Shown: positions 56,501 through 64,000 of the stretch, one piece after another | How positions within the stretch are numbered: position 1 is the first letter of the stretch | Layout: each line of letters opens with the position of its first letter | Virus record (IMG/VR): IMGVR_UViG_3300001199_000001 | Coordinates: 69,404-133,403 of that record | Source: a virus | Lineage: Duplodnaviria > Heunggongvirae > Uroviricota > Caudoviricetes | Reading direction: 5' to 3' (one strand) | Length of the DNA stretch: 64,000 nucleotides | Position numbers and translations under genes: made by a program | The notes under the pieces: model-generated | The model's input: only the letters and a program-made list of their open reading frames with translations | What the model was told of the DNA's origin: nothing | Database searches by the model: none

Positions 56501-59500
56501 GGCGCAGTCGCCATGGCTCTCGACCAGGAGATTGCTCCGAGTGGTATAGCGTCCGTCAACGCCTTTACCGCCCCGATCTACAACCAAGACGCAAACACGC
56601 TCTATATAACGGCGCATGTCAATGAGGAGGCCTTCGGGACGCCAGACGCGCGCCACGACATCGGCGCCACCTCTGCCACCACAACGAACGCCTTCGGTAC
56701 CTTCACATATGTCCTTGATCCGCGCATCGACGCCACCGGTATTCCTGCGGCAAACGCTTTCGGTGCGGTCCTTATCGGCGAGCCCGGTGAAGATCAGGAC
56801 ATCGAGCCGACCGCTATGGCTCCGTCCCTCGCCTTTGGTTCATTTACGCTAGAACAGGCTCCGACGCCTGTCGTCGAGACCTTCGATTATACCGGCGCGT
56901 CTGACACCTACACGATCCCGTCAGGGTACGACACCCTCACCCTGAATTTGTGGGGTGGAGCCGGTGGCGGCGGTATCTACGATGAAGGCGCTTACTCAGG
57001 CGCTGGCGGTTATGTCGAAGCGACCTTCGATGTCGATGTAGGCGACGTAATCAAGGTCGAAGTCGGTCAAGGCGGTGGCGGTGGCTCCACCATAGCGGAT
57101 TCCGGTGGTGACGGCGGTTGGCCTGATGGTGGGCCTGGAGCCCTCGGCGACGTGTGGGCTGGCGGCGGCGGCGGATCGACACGCGTCTATATCAATAACG
57201 TCCTGATGGCTGTGGCGGGCGGCGGTGGTGGTTCTGGCGGGTACTCCGGCGCGGGTAATGCTGGCGCGGGCGGTGGCTTGCTGGGGCAGAACGCTGATAC
57301 TGGTGGCGGTACCGGCGGTACTCAGAGCGCTGGCGGTGTTGATAGCAGCGATACAGGCGACGCCAACAAGACAGGCCGCTCTATCGTCGCGTATCCAGGC
57401 GTTCAGCGGACAGGCGGCTGGGGCGCGAGCGACGCTTCGCAAATCATCAGCACCTCCGATGATGGTGGTGGTGGCGGCGGTGGCTACTGGGGTGGTGGCG
57501 GCGGTGGTGGCGACGCTGAGTCCGGTGGTGGTGGCTCCTCGTGGACGCACGCCTCTGCGCAGAACGTCGTCAATGAAGCAGGCGAATACGACCTGCCGTT
57601 CACAACCACGAATGCCGCGCCGGGTACCGCTACCGGCGTGAACTCGACAGATGGTAGCGTCGCCGATAGCGGTGGTGATGGCTATGCACGCTTGGTTCTA
57701 GACGGTCCGTATACCCTGCCGCCGCTGTTCATCAATCCTAACGGTATTGCTTCCACCAGCGGCTTAGGTACGGTCACCACTGAACTCCGAGTCATTATAA
57801 ATGCCGTCAACGATACGGTAGATGCCTTCGGTTCTGTCTCTATTGTTGCTGGCACGGTCGGCGCTGACGGCTTTGCTGAGACGACTTCTTATGGTGCGCC
57901 GTCGATTGAATACGTCGTACATCCTGCTTCGCTTGATGACAGCGCCGATGCATTTGGCACCTATGCCATGGTGGATGGCAGCCAAAGCGTCGCCATGGAT
58001 GGCTTCAGCGATGCCGACGCCTTCGGCGACGTAGCCACTGAGTACGTTGTTGCGCCTTCTGGTGTTGACGATTCCGTTGATGTTTTCGGAACGATGTTGA
58101 TCGGCGGGGACGGCCAATCCATCGAGCCAACGTCTGTGGAGAACACGACGGCCTTCGGTGCTCCTGAGCTTGCACTCGGCTATGTCCTTCAAAACGCCCT
58201 GCTCTACCGTTCAACAGCAGGGACGGCGTCCCCGATTCCGCTGGACACCACTACCGTCGATCACGGGCGTTGGCGCGATTCGGTCACTCAAACTCAGATG
58301 CGCACGCCTGAGGGATCGACGCTGGTGCGCGTCGTCTCAAACGTTGTCGATAATAACGGCTCCTCACACGCGATCCTGCTCAACGGTGGAGTGTATCGTG
58401 GCATGGCGCGCGGCGGCACAGCCACTGGCGGCGCCGATGTTTCCGGTGCACTATCTGCCATCGTCGAAGTTCCGCAGGGTGATGCTTTCACCCTAACGTC
58501 GGCTGGCGGCAGCTACGATGCCTTGAGCCGGACTTGGCTTGGCGGCGAGACCATTGACCCGGCGCTAAAGCGTTGCTTGATCTACCCGACTTCAGGCACC
58601 ACCATCGCCGCAACGACCAACGTCACGATCCCGATGACGGGTGTTACATACGACGTTGGTGGATGGCATGCGACAGACAAAATTGTCGTGCCCAGCGGCG
58701 TCACTTTGATGCGTATCAGCGCTGGTCTCTCCGTGCCTACCGGCGCCACGTCGTTCCAACTGAGCATCCTCAAGAACGGCGCGAACTTCACCGGTATGCC
58801 TCAGCGTGACCTCCAACTGGGAACAGACATCTACAACAACCTCATATCGTCCATCGTTGTCGTCACACCCGGAGATGAGTTCACCGTAGTCGCTCGATGC
58901 GACAACGCAACGACCAGCCACTTTGCTGAACATTGCTGGCTATGTGCGGAAGAGGTTTCGACGGCGGCTGGCGGCTACGTTATGGTGACCAAGTCAGTCG
59001 ACCAGACGGCCAACGCCAGCGTCGCCACTATCATTACATTCCCGACTGAAACCACAGACGCGCTCGGGCTGCACGATCCGGTCACCAACAACGAAAGATT
59101 TACGATCCCTGTCGGTTCAGGGATTACTAAAGCCAGATTCTCGTTCGGTATCGGCGCGACAGATTCCGACACGGGTCAGGTGTACGCCGGAGTCTATAAG
59201 AACGACGCCATTGAAATCGGACTTCCGCAGTATGAAAACGACACCAGCGGCGGCGAATTCCTGAACGCTATCGGGGCCTGGGTTGATGTCGCCGAAGGCG
59301 ATTACTTCGATGTACGCATCACCCCCGGCGCCACCCGCACGATAGCGGCGGCTGAATATACTTGGTTCTGCATCGAGTATGTGACCACGGGCGATCCGAC
59401 CCCAGCCGTCACCTCATCCCCCTCGTACTGGCTGAGAGGCCAAGAAATCAATGAATTTGGGACCGGTGGCATGGACCATTGGCTCGAAGGTAAGCCCGTA

Positions 59501-59512
59501 GGAACAATCTAA
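53501..59512 (+). CDS. 2003-aa mosaic fibre protein
   Basis: DUF2793-like N-terminus, NAFG.P repeats, two globular inserts, Gly-rich domain (~56860-57710), three tandem C-terminal beta-sandwich repeats. Confidence 0.8.
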   Translation: MPTSILGITELTGTQANKYATWNAALRAIENSISEVGDTVDLSGANYTILPSDFTSNCYWTAINNSVTRTITVPATKRVFSIRNGGSADLNVTVSGGATTSVTVGSTAYIFSDGTTPVALASQEGATYSFTSLGMTPDSYTGLNQTRLRVNAAATGLELVNDPDITANDYDLTTEYSTTSPSAPGLGDGMDIFCRELPTQRLASTTYSRGPEIFEPLIATEGFGMLWPFLDGTSELTGIGLAFTQSGQTNAVTAPTTGSALLEIPRASIWTATTVGSGAYVLGSAAFARGATLSVGGFDVVLRFGIETFVASSRSFVGLHTSTAYVAGDANLETATGAGIGIYRAASGSNWQLFQKATGSSAVLTDLGGNFPANTTNTDAFELRLHCAPGGVPEYTLRRLGTAHVVDGVFSGSNLPTTSETLQPEFWLSNGTTSTQCKIAVIGLYASKADAPSTELEISATGTADADAFGSPTMSVEGQGVAATSATTVNAFGSPLVADAAAATSILPVAISDADAFGTPQLDLDILPTGAASAEAFGEPLLSVGENVVMDGFAETSLFGTPVAELSIAPTAISDADGFGVPVLSQPVQTVTPTSTGGSSSRKLGYVDSFETSEAWVAGAANRKLVTHVRTYSDAGKIADVKVIFHAITTGNKVKAVLYNSNGDVGSTSSWRPTTLIATGTEVTLDSSDVGKIVTLPFSVPVALAANGSYCIGLHIESSGTSVKSAVGASRLGGYIDEYSYSGRNTCYNTDTYSDGAAASFGTLTQDGTAIAIWTDYYDDEAFGYPVTTYSGDVGQRLEPASVNNRPAASTGDLGLTTAAAGNSVSDNKKIAQAITTGTVPVRISAITGNFTSIGAGAAMRPFVYKADGANVVKYAGFNGDTYVDHQTSGPHTLLAVGPTQTYVSSTSGIKTLPLYNTLILEPNTVYWIGFHRNTTGTIQYRYSNGGAPVGSPLVESVALFNAYASGSSLTWGSSFDVLGLGAGNRAAFYVSYEVEGDNVGAVAMALDQEIAPSGIASVNAFTAPIYNQDANTLYITAHVNEEAFGTPDARHDIGATSATTTNAFGTFTYVLDPRIDATGIPAANAFGAVLIGEPGEDQDIEPTAMAPSLAFGSFTLEQAPTPVVETFDYTGASDTYTIPSGYDTLTLNLWGGAGGGGIYDEGAYSGAGGYVEATFDVDVGDVIKVEVGQGGGGGSTIADSGGDGGWPDGGPGALGDVWAGGGGGSTRVYINNVLMAVAGGGGGSGGYSGAGNAGAGGGLLGQNADTGGGTGGTQSAGGVDSSDTGDANKTGRSIVAYPGVQRTGGWGASDASQIISTSDDGGGGGGGYWGGGGGGGDAESGGGGSSWTHASAQNVVNEAGEYDLPFTTTNAAPGTATGVNSTDGSVADSGGDGYARLVLDGPYTLPPLFINPNGIASTSGLGTVTTELRVIINAVNDTVDAFGSVSIVAGTVGADGFAETTSYGAPSIEYVVHPASLDDSADAFGTYAMVDGSQSVAMDGFSDADAFGDVATEYVVAPSGVDDSVDVFGTMLIGGDGQSIEPTSVENTTAFGAPELALGYVLQNALLYRSTAGTASPIPLDTTTVDHGRWRDSVTQTQMRTPEGSTLVRVVSNVVDNNGSSHAILLNGGVYRGMARGGTATGGADVSGALSAIVEVPQGDAFTLTSAGGSYDALSRTWLGGETIDPALKRCLIYPTSGTTIAATTNVTIPMTGVTYDVGGWHATDKIVVPSGVTLMRISAGLSVPTGATSFQLSILKNGANFTGMPQRDLQLGTDIYNNLISSIVVVTPGDEFTVVARCDNATTSHFAEHCWLCAEEVSTAAGGYVMVTKSVDQTANASVATIITFPTETTDALGLHDPVTNNERFTIPVGSGITKARFSFGIGATDSDTGQVYAGVYKNDAIEIGLPQYENDTSGGEFLNAIGAWVDVAEGDYFDVRITPGATRTIAAAEYTWFCIEYVTTGDPTPAVTSSPSYWLRGQEINEFGTGGMDHWLEGKPVGTI

Positions 59513-61992
59513 TGGCAACACTTATTGCATGCGCAGACGGTAATCTGACTTCAGCGTCCACATGGCAGACGGTTGACGCTACTTCGCTGTTGAATTCGTC
59601 GGCGAACAACACGGCACTCACCACGTCGATGGTTTCGTCGTCGGGCTTTACTCCCGGTGCAATTACCATAGACGGTTTTACCGTGTTCCTTGCGTCCAGG
59701 GCGGCTTCGCCCTCAGGGACTATGACAGTCGACCTCGCGACTGGCGGAGTCTCGGTGTCAGGTACTTCAGTCACTATAAATGTGTCTGATCTCCCGACCT
59801 GCGGTACGACGGAGTCGGAGGGGGGATTCATCTTCTTCAAATTTGCCTCTCCCGTCACATTACTTGCGGCCACCTCTTACGTTGTGCGGGCTTCAACCTC
59901 GGTGACCGCGCAGGTAAATCTCTACCGGGACGCTACTGCTGGCAACTGGTCTAGATTCCTGAGGACGACAACTACGGCTGCGCCTGTAGCTGGCGACATC
60001 CTCCGAATCTGTGGGGAGTTTACTGGAGCGGGGGCTATTACGACCCGGACGGTTACGATGGATTCAACCGCCGCTACGGATTATGGGCCGGGTTCAGCCG
60101 GTTCAGCGGGCCTGACGATCTCAAAGGGCGGTACGCTGTCTTACGGGACCAGCGCCGCAACAAACTACATTCTGAGGCTTTCAGGCCTGCTCGTAGTTTA
60201 TAACGGTGGAACATTGAATATAGGCTCGTCAGGGGCGGAAATTCCTCGAACGAGCACCGCTGTGTTGGAGTTCGACTGCGCCGCCGATAACCAATATTAC
60301 CTGCAAATTAAGAACGGCGGCACGTTCAATGCGCACGGACTTTCCCGGACCGCCGGAAAAGATATCTGGTACTGCAAGCTTAACACCGATGAGGCGGTCA
60401 ACTCGACTTCGCTCGGCGTGGATACCGATACTGGTTGGCTGGACAACGACGTTATCGCCATCGCTTCGACCTCTCGTACCTACACCAACAGCGCTAAGGG
60501 GACGCTTAACGGCGACGCTGGAGCATCCACGCTTACCGTAGATGGTTTTGCTGGTACAGGCGGCGGCCTAGCTTTCGCCTACACAGGCACGAGTCCGCAG
60601 CAAGCCGAGATCATATTGTTGACCCGCAACGTCGTCATGCGGGCCGTGACGGCTGGTTTCGTGACCTATTTCGAATGCCGCCCGACTGCCGTCGTCTCGG
60701 TTAAGTGGGCTCAGTTCTATTACATGGGCGGAACCTCTATCCATGGATTTAATATCAACACGACGACGGGTTCATGCAGCTTTCAATACTGCTCGGTCCA
60801 CGACGGCGACAACGGCGGGGGTTTCCTGTGTTTCGGCTCCACTTGGAACAACGTGACGCTGCAATACATCGGAACTTACGCTGCTAGCACGGTGTCGAAC
60901 TTACCTACCGTAGACTTACGCGCCACGACCGGTACAAATTATCTCATAGACAACATTATCATCATCCGTACCGTTTTCACGACCTATGCCTTTACCTCAT
61001 TAGACATGGGTGGAACAATCACGAACATAACCGCCGCTGGTTGCTCAGGCGGCGGTATTCAAATCTCAGAAGAAGGCGCTACGGTAGGGACCATGGGTCC
61101 GTTCACGGCGCATAGCTGCGCCAGTACAGGTATGCAGGTCAGTGGTGGATTCAGTACGGCCCAACCAATTACAATCTGGAACGGCAACGTTATCGCTTTT
61201 GCCACAACATCCCTTAGTTATACCCCTGTAATTCTTGACACGCTCACGATGTTCGGTGGCGCAACAGAGCACATCCGCGCCTACGGACCGCTAAAAATCC
61301 GTGAACTGTTCTCGGCTGGAACAACGACATTCTCCACAACGAATATGGTCGCCTTGTATGAGGCGGGTAGCGTCATCGTTCAAGGCGGCAGCATCGGTGT
61401 GGTAAGCGGTATCTTCACTGCGCATACAAATCTCTTTGCCCCTGCTGCGACGCTTTACGGAACTAATGATTCGGCAATCAACAACTGCTTGATCGGTACC
61501 GGGCAAACGGACCTTTCCGCAGCGACTTCTCTACGTGGCGGCACCATATCCTTCACGCGCTACAATCAAGTCGATGGCAGCCATCGCATCTATTCCCGCA
61601 ATGGCTCCTCCTACGCGAACTCCACGGTGTACAATACCACCGGCCCGTCAGAAGAGCTTCGCCCTGCCGTCCTGACCTCCGTCGAAGGGTGGTATGATAG
61701 CACCCCTGCTAGGATCAAGGTTGACGCGAGCGATACTCCCGCCGTTTCTGTTTTTGTCCGCAAGGATGGGGCCTATGCTGGCGATCAACCGAAGCTGATG
61801 ATCCTCGCCAACGGCGCTGTCGGTGTCGATGAGGATACTCTCCTAGATACCATGGCTGGCGGCTCAGGATCGTTCGAAGAGTTAACTGCGACACTCCCTG
61901 CGGCTCTATCAGACGGTGTTTATGAAGTAGTTGTGCGGGTGACCGGTACGACTGGTTCAGTATTTGTCGATGACTGGAGTTCAACCCCTTAA
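59512..61992 (+). CDS. Virion protein with G8-like and right-handed beta-helix regions
   Basis: GN..S..TW, P.AGD...I, AEI.LLTRNV, repeating beta-helix pattern. Confidence 0.65.
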   Translation: MATLIACADGNLTSASTWQTVDATSLLNSSANNTALTTSMVSSSGFTPGAITIDGFTVFLASRAASPSGTMTVDLATGGVSVSGTSVTINVSDLPTCGTTESEGGFIFFKFASPVTLLAATSYVVRASTSVTAQVNLYRDATAGNWSRFLRTTTTAAPVAGDILRICGEFTGAGAITTRTVTMDSTAATDYGPGSAGSAGLTISKGGTLSYGTSAATNYILRLSGLLVVYNGGTLNIGSSGAEIPRTSTAVLEFDCAADNQYYLQIKNGGTFNAHGLSRTAGKDIWYCKLNTDEAVNSTSLGVDTDTGWLDNDVIAIASTSRTYTNSAKGTLNGDAGASTLTVDGFAGTGGGLAFAYTGTSPQQAEIILLTRNVVMRAVTAGFVTYFECRPTAVVSVKWAQFYYMGGTSIHGFNINTTTGSCSFQYCSVHDGDNGGGFLCFGSTWNNVTLQYIGTYAASTVSNLPTVDLRATTGTNYLIDNIIIIRTVFTTYAFTSLDMGGTITNITAAGCSGGGIQISEEGATVGTMGPFTAHSCASTGMQVSGGFSTAQPITIWNGNVIAFATTSLSYTPVILDTLTMFGGATEHIRAYGPLKIRELFSAGTTTFSTTNMVALYEAGSVIVQGGSIGVVSGIFTAHTNLFAPAATLYGTNDSAINNCLIGTGQTDLSAATSLRGGTISFTRYNQVDGSHRIYSRNGSSYANSTVYNTTGPSEELRPAVLTSVEGWYDSTPARIKVDASDTPAVSVFVRKDGAYAGDQPKLMILANGAVGVDEDTLLDTMAGGSGSFEELTATLPAALSDGVYEVVVRVTGTTGSVFVDDWSSTP

Positions 61993-62036
61993 TTCTTGAC
62001 ATTAAACTTAAAGTGACTACAGTCGAGTCACTTTAA

Positions 62037-62684
62037 GTGAGCAAAGTTATGAACCTTTCCGAGGAAGGCCTGAAGCTCATTCAGGCGTGGGAAGGGATCG
62101 AAGACGGTAATCCTGCAACGGTCCTTCTCGAACCTTACATCTGTCCAGCAAATGTCTACACCATCGGGTGGGGACATGCTTTGACGACACCGAAAGGTAC
62201 CTTGATCGATACCGACGTTCAGGGTCCTGCACGAGCCGCCGAACTTGCCATGCAGGCGATGGATCGATTGTTTGGAAAACAGGCGATCTCGAAGGCGGAT
62301 GCTGAGCGGCTGCTCTACAACGACGTTGAAGAGTGGGGCGACAAGGTGTTCGCCAGACTACAGGGACCAACCTCCCAGAACCAGTTCGATGCGATGGTCG
62401 CTTTGGCCTTCAACGTCGGCATCGGCGGATTCAATGAATCCGCCGTTAGGCGTTTCCATAACGAAGGAAACCGCAAAATTGGCGATGTCTCGATCAGCGA
62501 GCTTTGCCAGCTTTCGAAGGCACGGGCCACCTCGACCACCATGCCGATTGCATTCACACGCTGGTCTTATTCCAACGGCCGATGGCTGCTGGGACTCTTC
62601 CGGCGCCGCGTTTCGGAGATGATGATCTATGGCGGACACGATTACTCCAAGTCCATCGCCACGGCGAAGGGTTTCCGGGGTTAG
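62037..62684 (+). CDS. Endolysin, phage lysozyme (GH24)
   Basis: GLKLIQAWEG...YICPA..YTIGWGH...QNQFDAMV.LAFN.G...W....GL.RRR..E. Confidence 0.95.
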   Translation: MSKVMNLSEEGLKLIQAWEGIEDGNPATVLLEPYICPANVYTIGWGHALTTPKGTLIDTDVQGPARAAELAMQAMDRLFGKQAISKADAERLLYNDVEEWGDKVFARLQGPTSQNQFDAMVALAFNVGIGGFNESAVRRFHNEGNRKIGDVSISELCQLSKARATSTTMPIAFTRWSYSNGRWLLGLFRRRVSEMMIYGGHDYSKSIATAKGFRG

Positions 62685-63036
62685 GCAGTCGACTAAGAAC
62701 CACGTCAATCGGACGCGGCGCTCGGTCTTTGCCTTTTTCACCGTCAGCTTTTCCTTGATCATGATGGCATATCTGGCTGTCGCGGCTCACGGGAAAGGCA
62801 TCACCAACGAGGCCGCTATGTCCGCGCTCGAAGGCTTCAAGGAAGTCGCGATCTGGATCGGCGCAGCTTACATCGGTGGTTCGGCGGTCGACTACTCAGC
62901 AGCGATGATCTCGCGCCGCTATCAAGGTGGTGGCGGTAGGGGCCGTTTCGATGACGGCGAAGAGCAATTTGGTGAAGAGATGTACGGTCGTGATCGTTTT
63001 CGTGACGAGAGGCCCGATGGAAGGATAAGCGACTGA
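62629..63036 (+). CDS. Holin-like membrane protein
   Basis: Two hydrophobic segments, charged C-terminus, between endolysin and spanins; start uncertain. Confidence 0.6.
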   Translation: MADTITPSPSPRRRVSGVRQSTKNHVNRTRRSVFAFFTVSFSLIMMAYLAVAAHGKGITNEAAMSALEGFKEVAIWIGAAYIGGSAVDYSAAMISRRYQGGGGRGRFDDGEEQFGEEMYGRDRFRDERPDGRISD

Positions 63037-63518
63037 TGTTCGACCTCGTCTGGATGTTCATCAAGAATCCCATGACGTTGTTCGTGATTTTCGCAGCGGT
63101 CGTCGTGCTTGCGGGAATTTTCTTCGCGGCGGGACCTAAGGCCGTTCTCAAACTACTCGTCGAGCCTCGCTTATGGCTAATCGGCCTCTTGGCGGCTGGG
63201 ATGCTCGGATATCAGCACCTTGCTAAAGAGAACGCCGATCTCAAGGCTAAGGTCGAGCAACAAGCCTCTATAGACCGGGCGCACGATGACGCCCTCAAAG
63301 CAATTCGTAGCCGTCAAAGTCGCCAAAAAGAGCGCCAACGGCAATCTGACCGTCTGACTGGAGTGATCGACGATGCCGAACCGGGAACCGCCTACGACGC
63401 CGTCCTTGATGAGATCGACGCGATCCAGAAAGGCGGGACCGCTGCTCCTGACGGCGTTGCTAAGCTGCCTGCTCCTGACGGGATGCCAGTCCAGCCGGAT
63501 GGTGTGGTTAGACCCTAA
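63036..63518 (+). CDS. i-spanin (Rz-like)
   Basis: N-terminal TM segments followed by a coiled coil. Confidence 0.7.
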   Translation: MFDLVWMFIKNPMTLFVIFAAVVVLAGIFFAAGPKAVLKLLVEPRLWLIGLLAAGMLGYQHLAKENADLKAKVEQQASIDRAHDDALKAIRSRQSRQKERQRQSDRLTGVIDDAEPGTAYDAVLDEIDAIQKGGTAAPDGVAKLPAPDGMPVQPDGVVRP

Positions 63519-63780
63519 CGACCTTTATCCCAACGAGATCACCGTATGCGCCGAAGAACCTCCGGTCCCGCCACGTCCGGCTCCCGGCCTACCCCGCGAA
63601 GACGAAGTGAAGGCAGGCTACACTCGCGATCTTCGTACGGCCTGGGCCGACTGTTACGATACCGTCAAGGTGACCAAGGAGCGCAAGGCCGGTTACCAGC
63701 AGCAATACGACAACGCCAGAGCTTCGCCCATTGGGCGCTTCTGGCGGGACCTCACAGGCAAGAACAAGCCGCTGCCGTGA
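63409..63780 (+). CDS. o-spanin lipoprotein (Rz1-like), overlapping the i-spanin
   Basis: Signal peptide with lipobox LLTGC, Pro-rich mature part. Confidence 0.78.
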   Translation: MRSTRSRKAGPLLLTALLSCLLLTGCQSSRMVWLDPNDLYPNEITVCAEEPPVPPRPAPGLPREDEVKAGYTRDLRTAWADCYDTVKVTKERKAGYQQQYDNARASPIGRFWRDLTGKNKPLP

Positions 63781-63890
63781 TCACCGACATCTTCATTTTC
63801 TTAGGTGGAGTAGTGACGGGGGCTGTTATGGGGCTTGGCGGACTGGCGTTCTTTATCGCTTTTGTGTTCAAGGTGTGGTCGCGGAATTAA
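63777..63890 (+). CDS. Small membrane protein, 37 aa
   Basis: GTG overlapping the upstream TGA; single hydrophobic helix. Confidence 0.45.
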   Translation: MITDIFIFLGGVVTGAVMGLGGLAFFIAFVFKVWSRN

Positions 63891-64000
63891 CCACACGTGC
63901 GACCTTCTTACGCAACACGGCGTCCTCCGGGAAATCATTGTCGATCCACCAGCTTTTCAGCTTCGTCAGGGTCTCGCCGATCTCGCGTCCCGGAGACATA
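63868..64000 (-). CDS. C-terminus of a probable CCA-adding tRNA nucleotidyltransferase (truncated by the window)
   Basis: PGREIGETL..LKSWWIDNDFP resembles the alphaproteobacterial CCA/poly(A) polymerase C-terminal motif. Confidence 0.55.
   Translation of the reverse strand, partial: MSPGREIGETLTKLKSWWIDNDFPEDAVLRKKVARVVNSATTP

Noticed and set aside
30077-57805. GAGTCA motif copies inside the TMP (30077) and fibre gene (~57789)
   Set aside because: They are partial and intragenic, and may be chance matches or internal promoters; not counted.

Overview
64 kb of a large tailed dsDNA phage genome, inferred to be a siphophage of an alphaproteobacterial (Caulobacter/Brevundimonas, phiCbK-like) host. 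Support: GTA-like tail-tip genes, tRNA-His without G-1, near-leaderless sigma70-type promoters. Layout: (1) 1-6.8 kb, end of a virion module including a 2016-aa repeat filament-like protein. (2) 7.2-20.7 kb, a cluster of about 43 tRNA genes covering all 20 amino acids, mixed with translation/RNA-repair genes (release factor with an in-frame UGA, NADAR, cyclic-phosphate receiver domain, nucleases). (3) 21-24.7 kb, vWA, HTH, PAS and PhoH genes. (4) 24.7-62 kb, neck, tail tube, frameshifted chaperone, tape measure, a duplicated GTA-like tail tip and fibres. (5) 62-64 kb, lysis cassette and the 3' end of a probable CCA-adding enzyme. Main discovery: the tRNA genes are sorted into sub-clusters, and six of these are each preceded by a TTGAC-N17 promoter and a near-leaderless mini-ORF whose codons match the anticodons of the downstream tRNAs (Thr/Lys/Pro/Met; Leu; Ser/Ala/His; Ile-AUA; Gln/Phe/Val/Ile/Cys/Asn/Arg/Tyr; and, weakly, Glu/Asp). 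In two modules a terminator/antiterminator pair is visible. This looks like ribosome-mediated attenuation that makes phage tRNAs on demand when the matching host tRNAs run out. All calls were made by eye, with no database searches.
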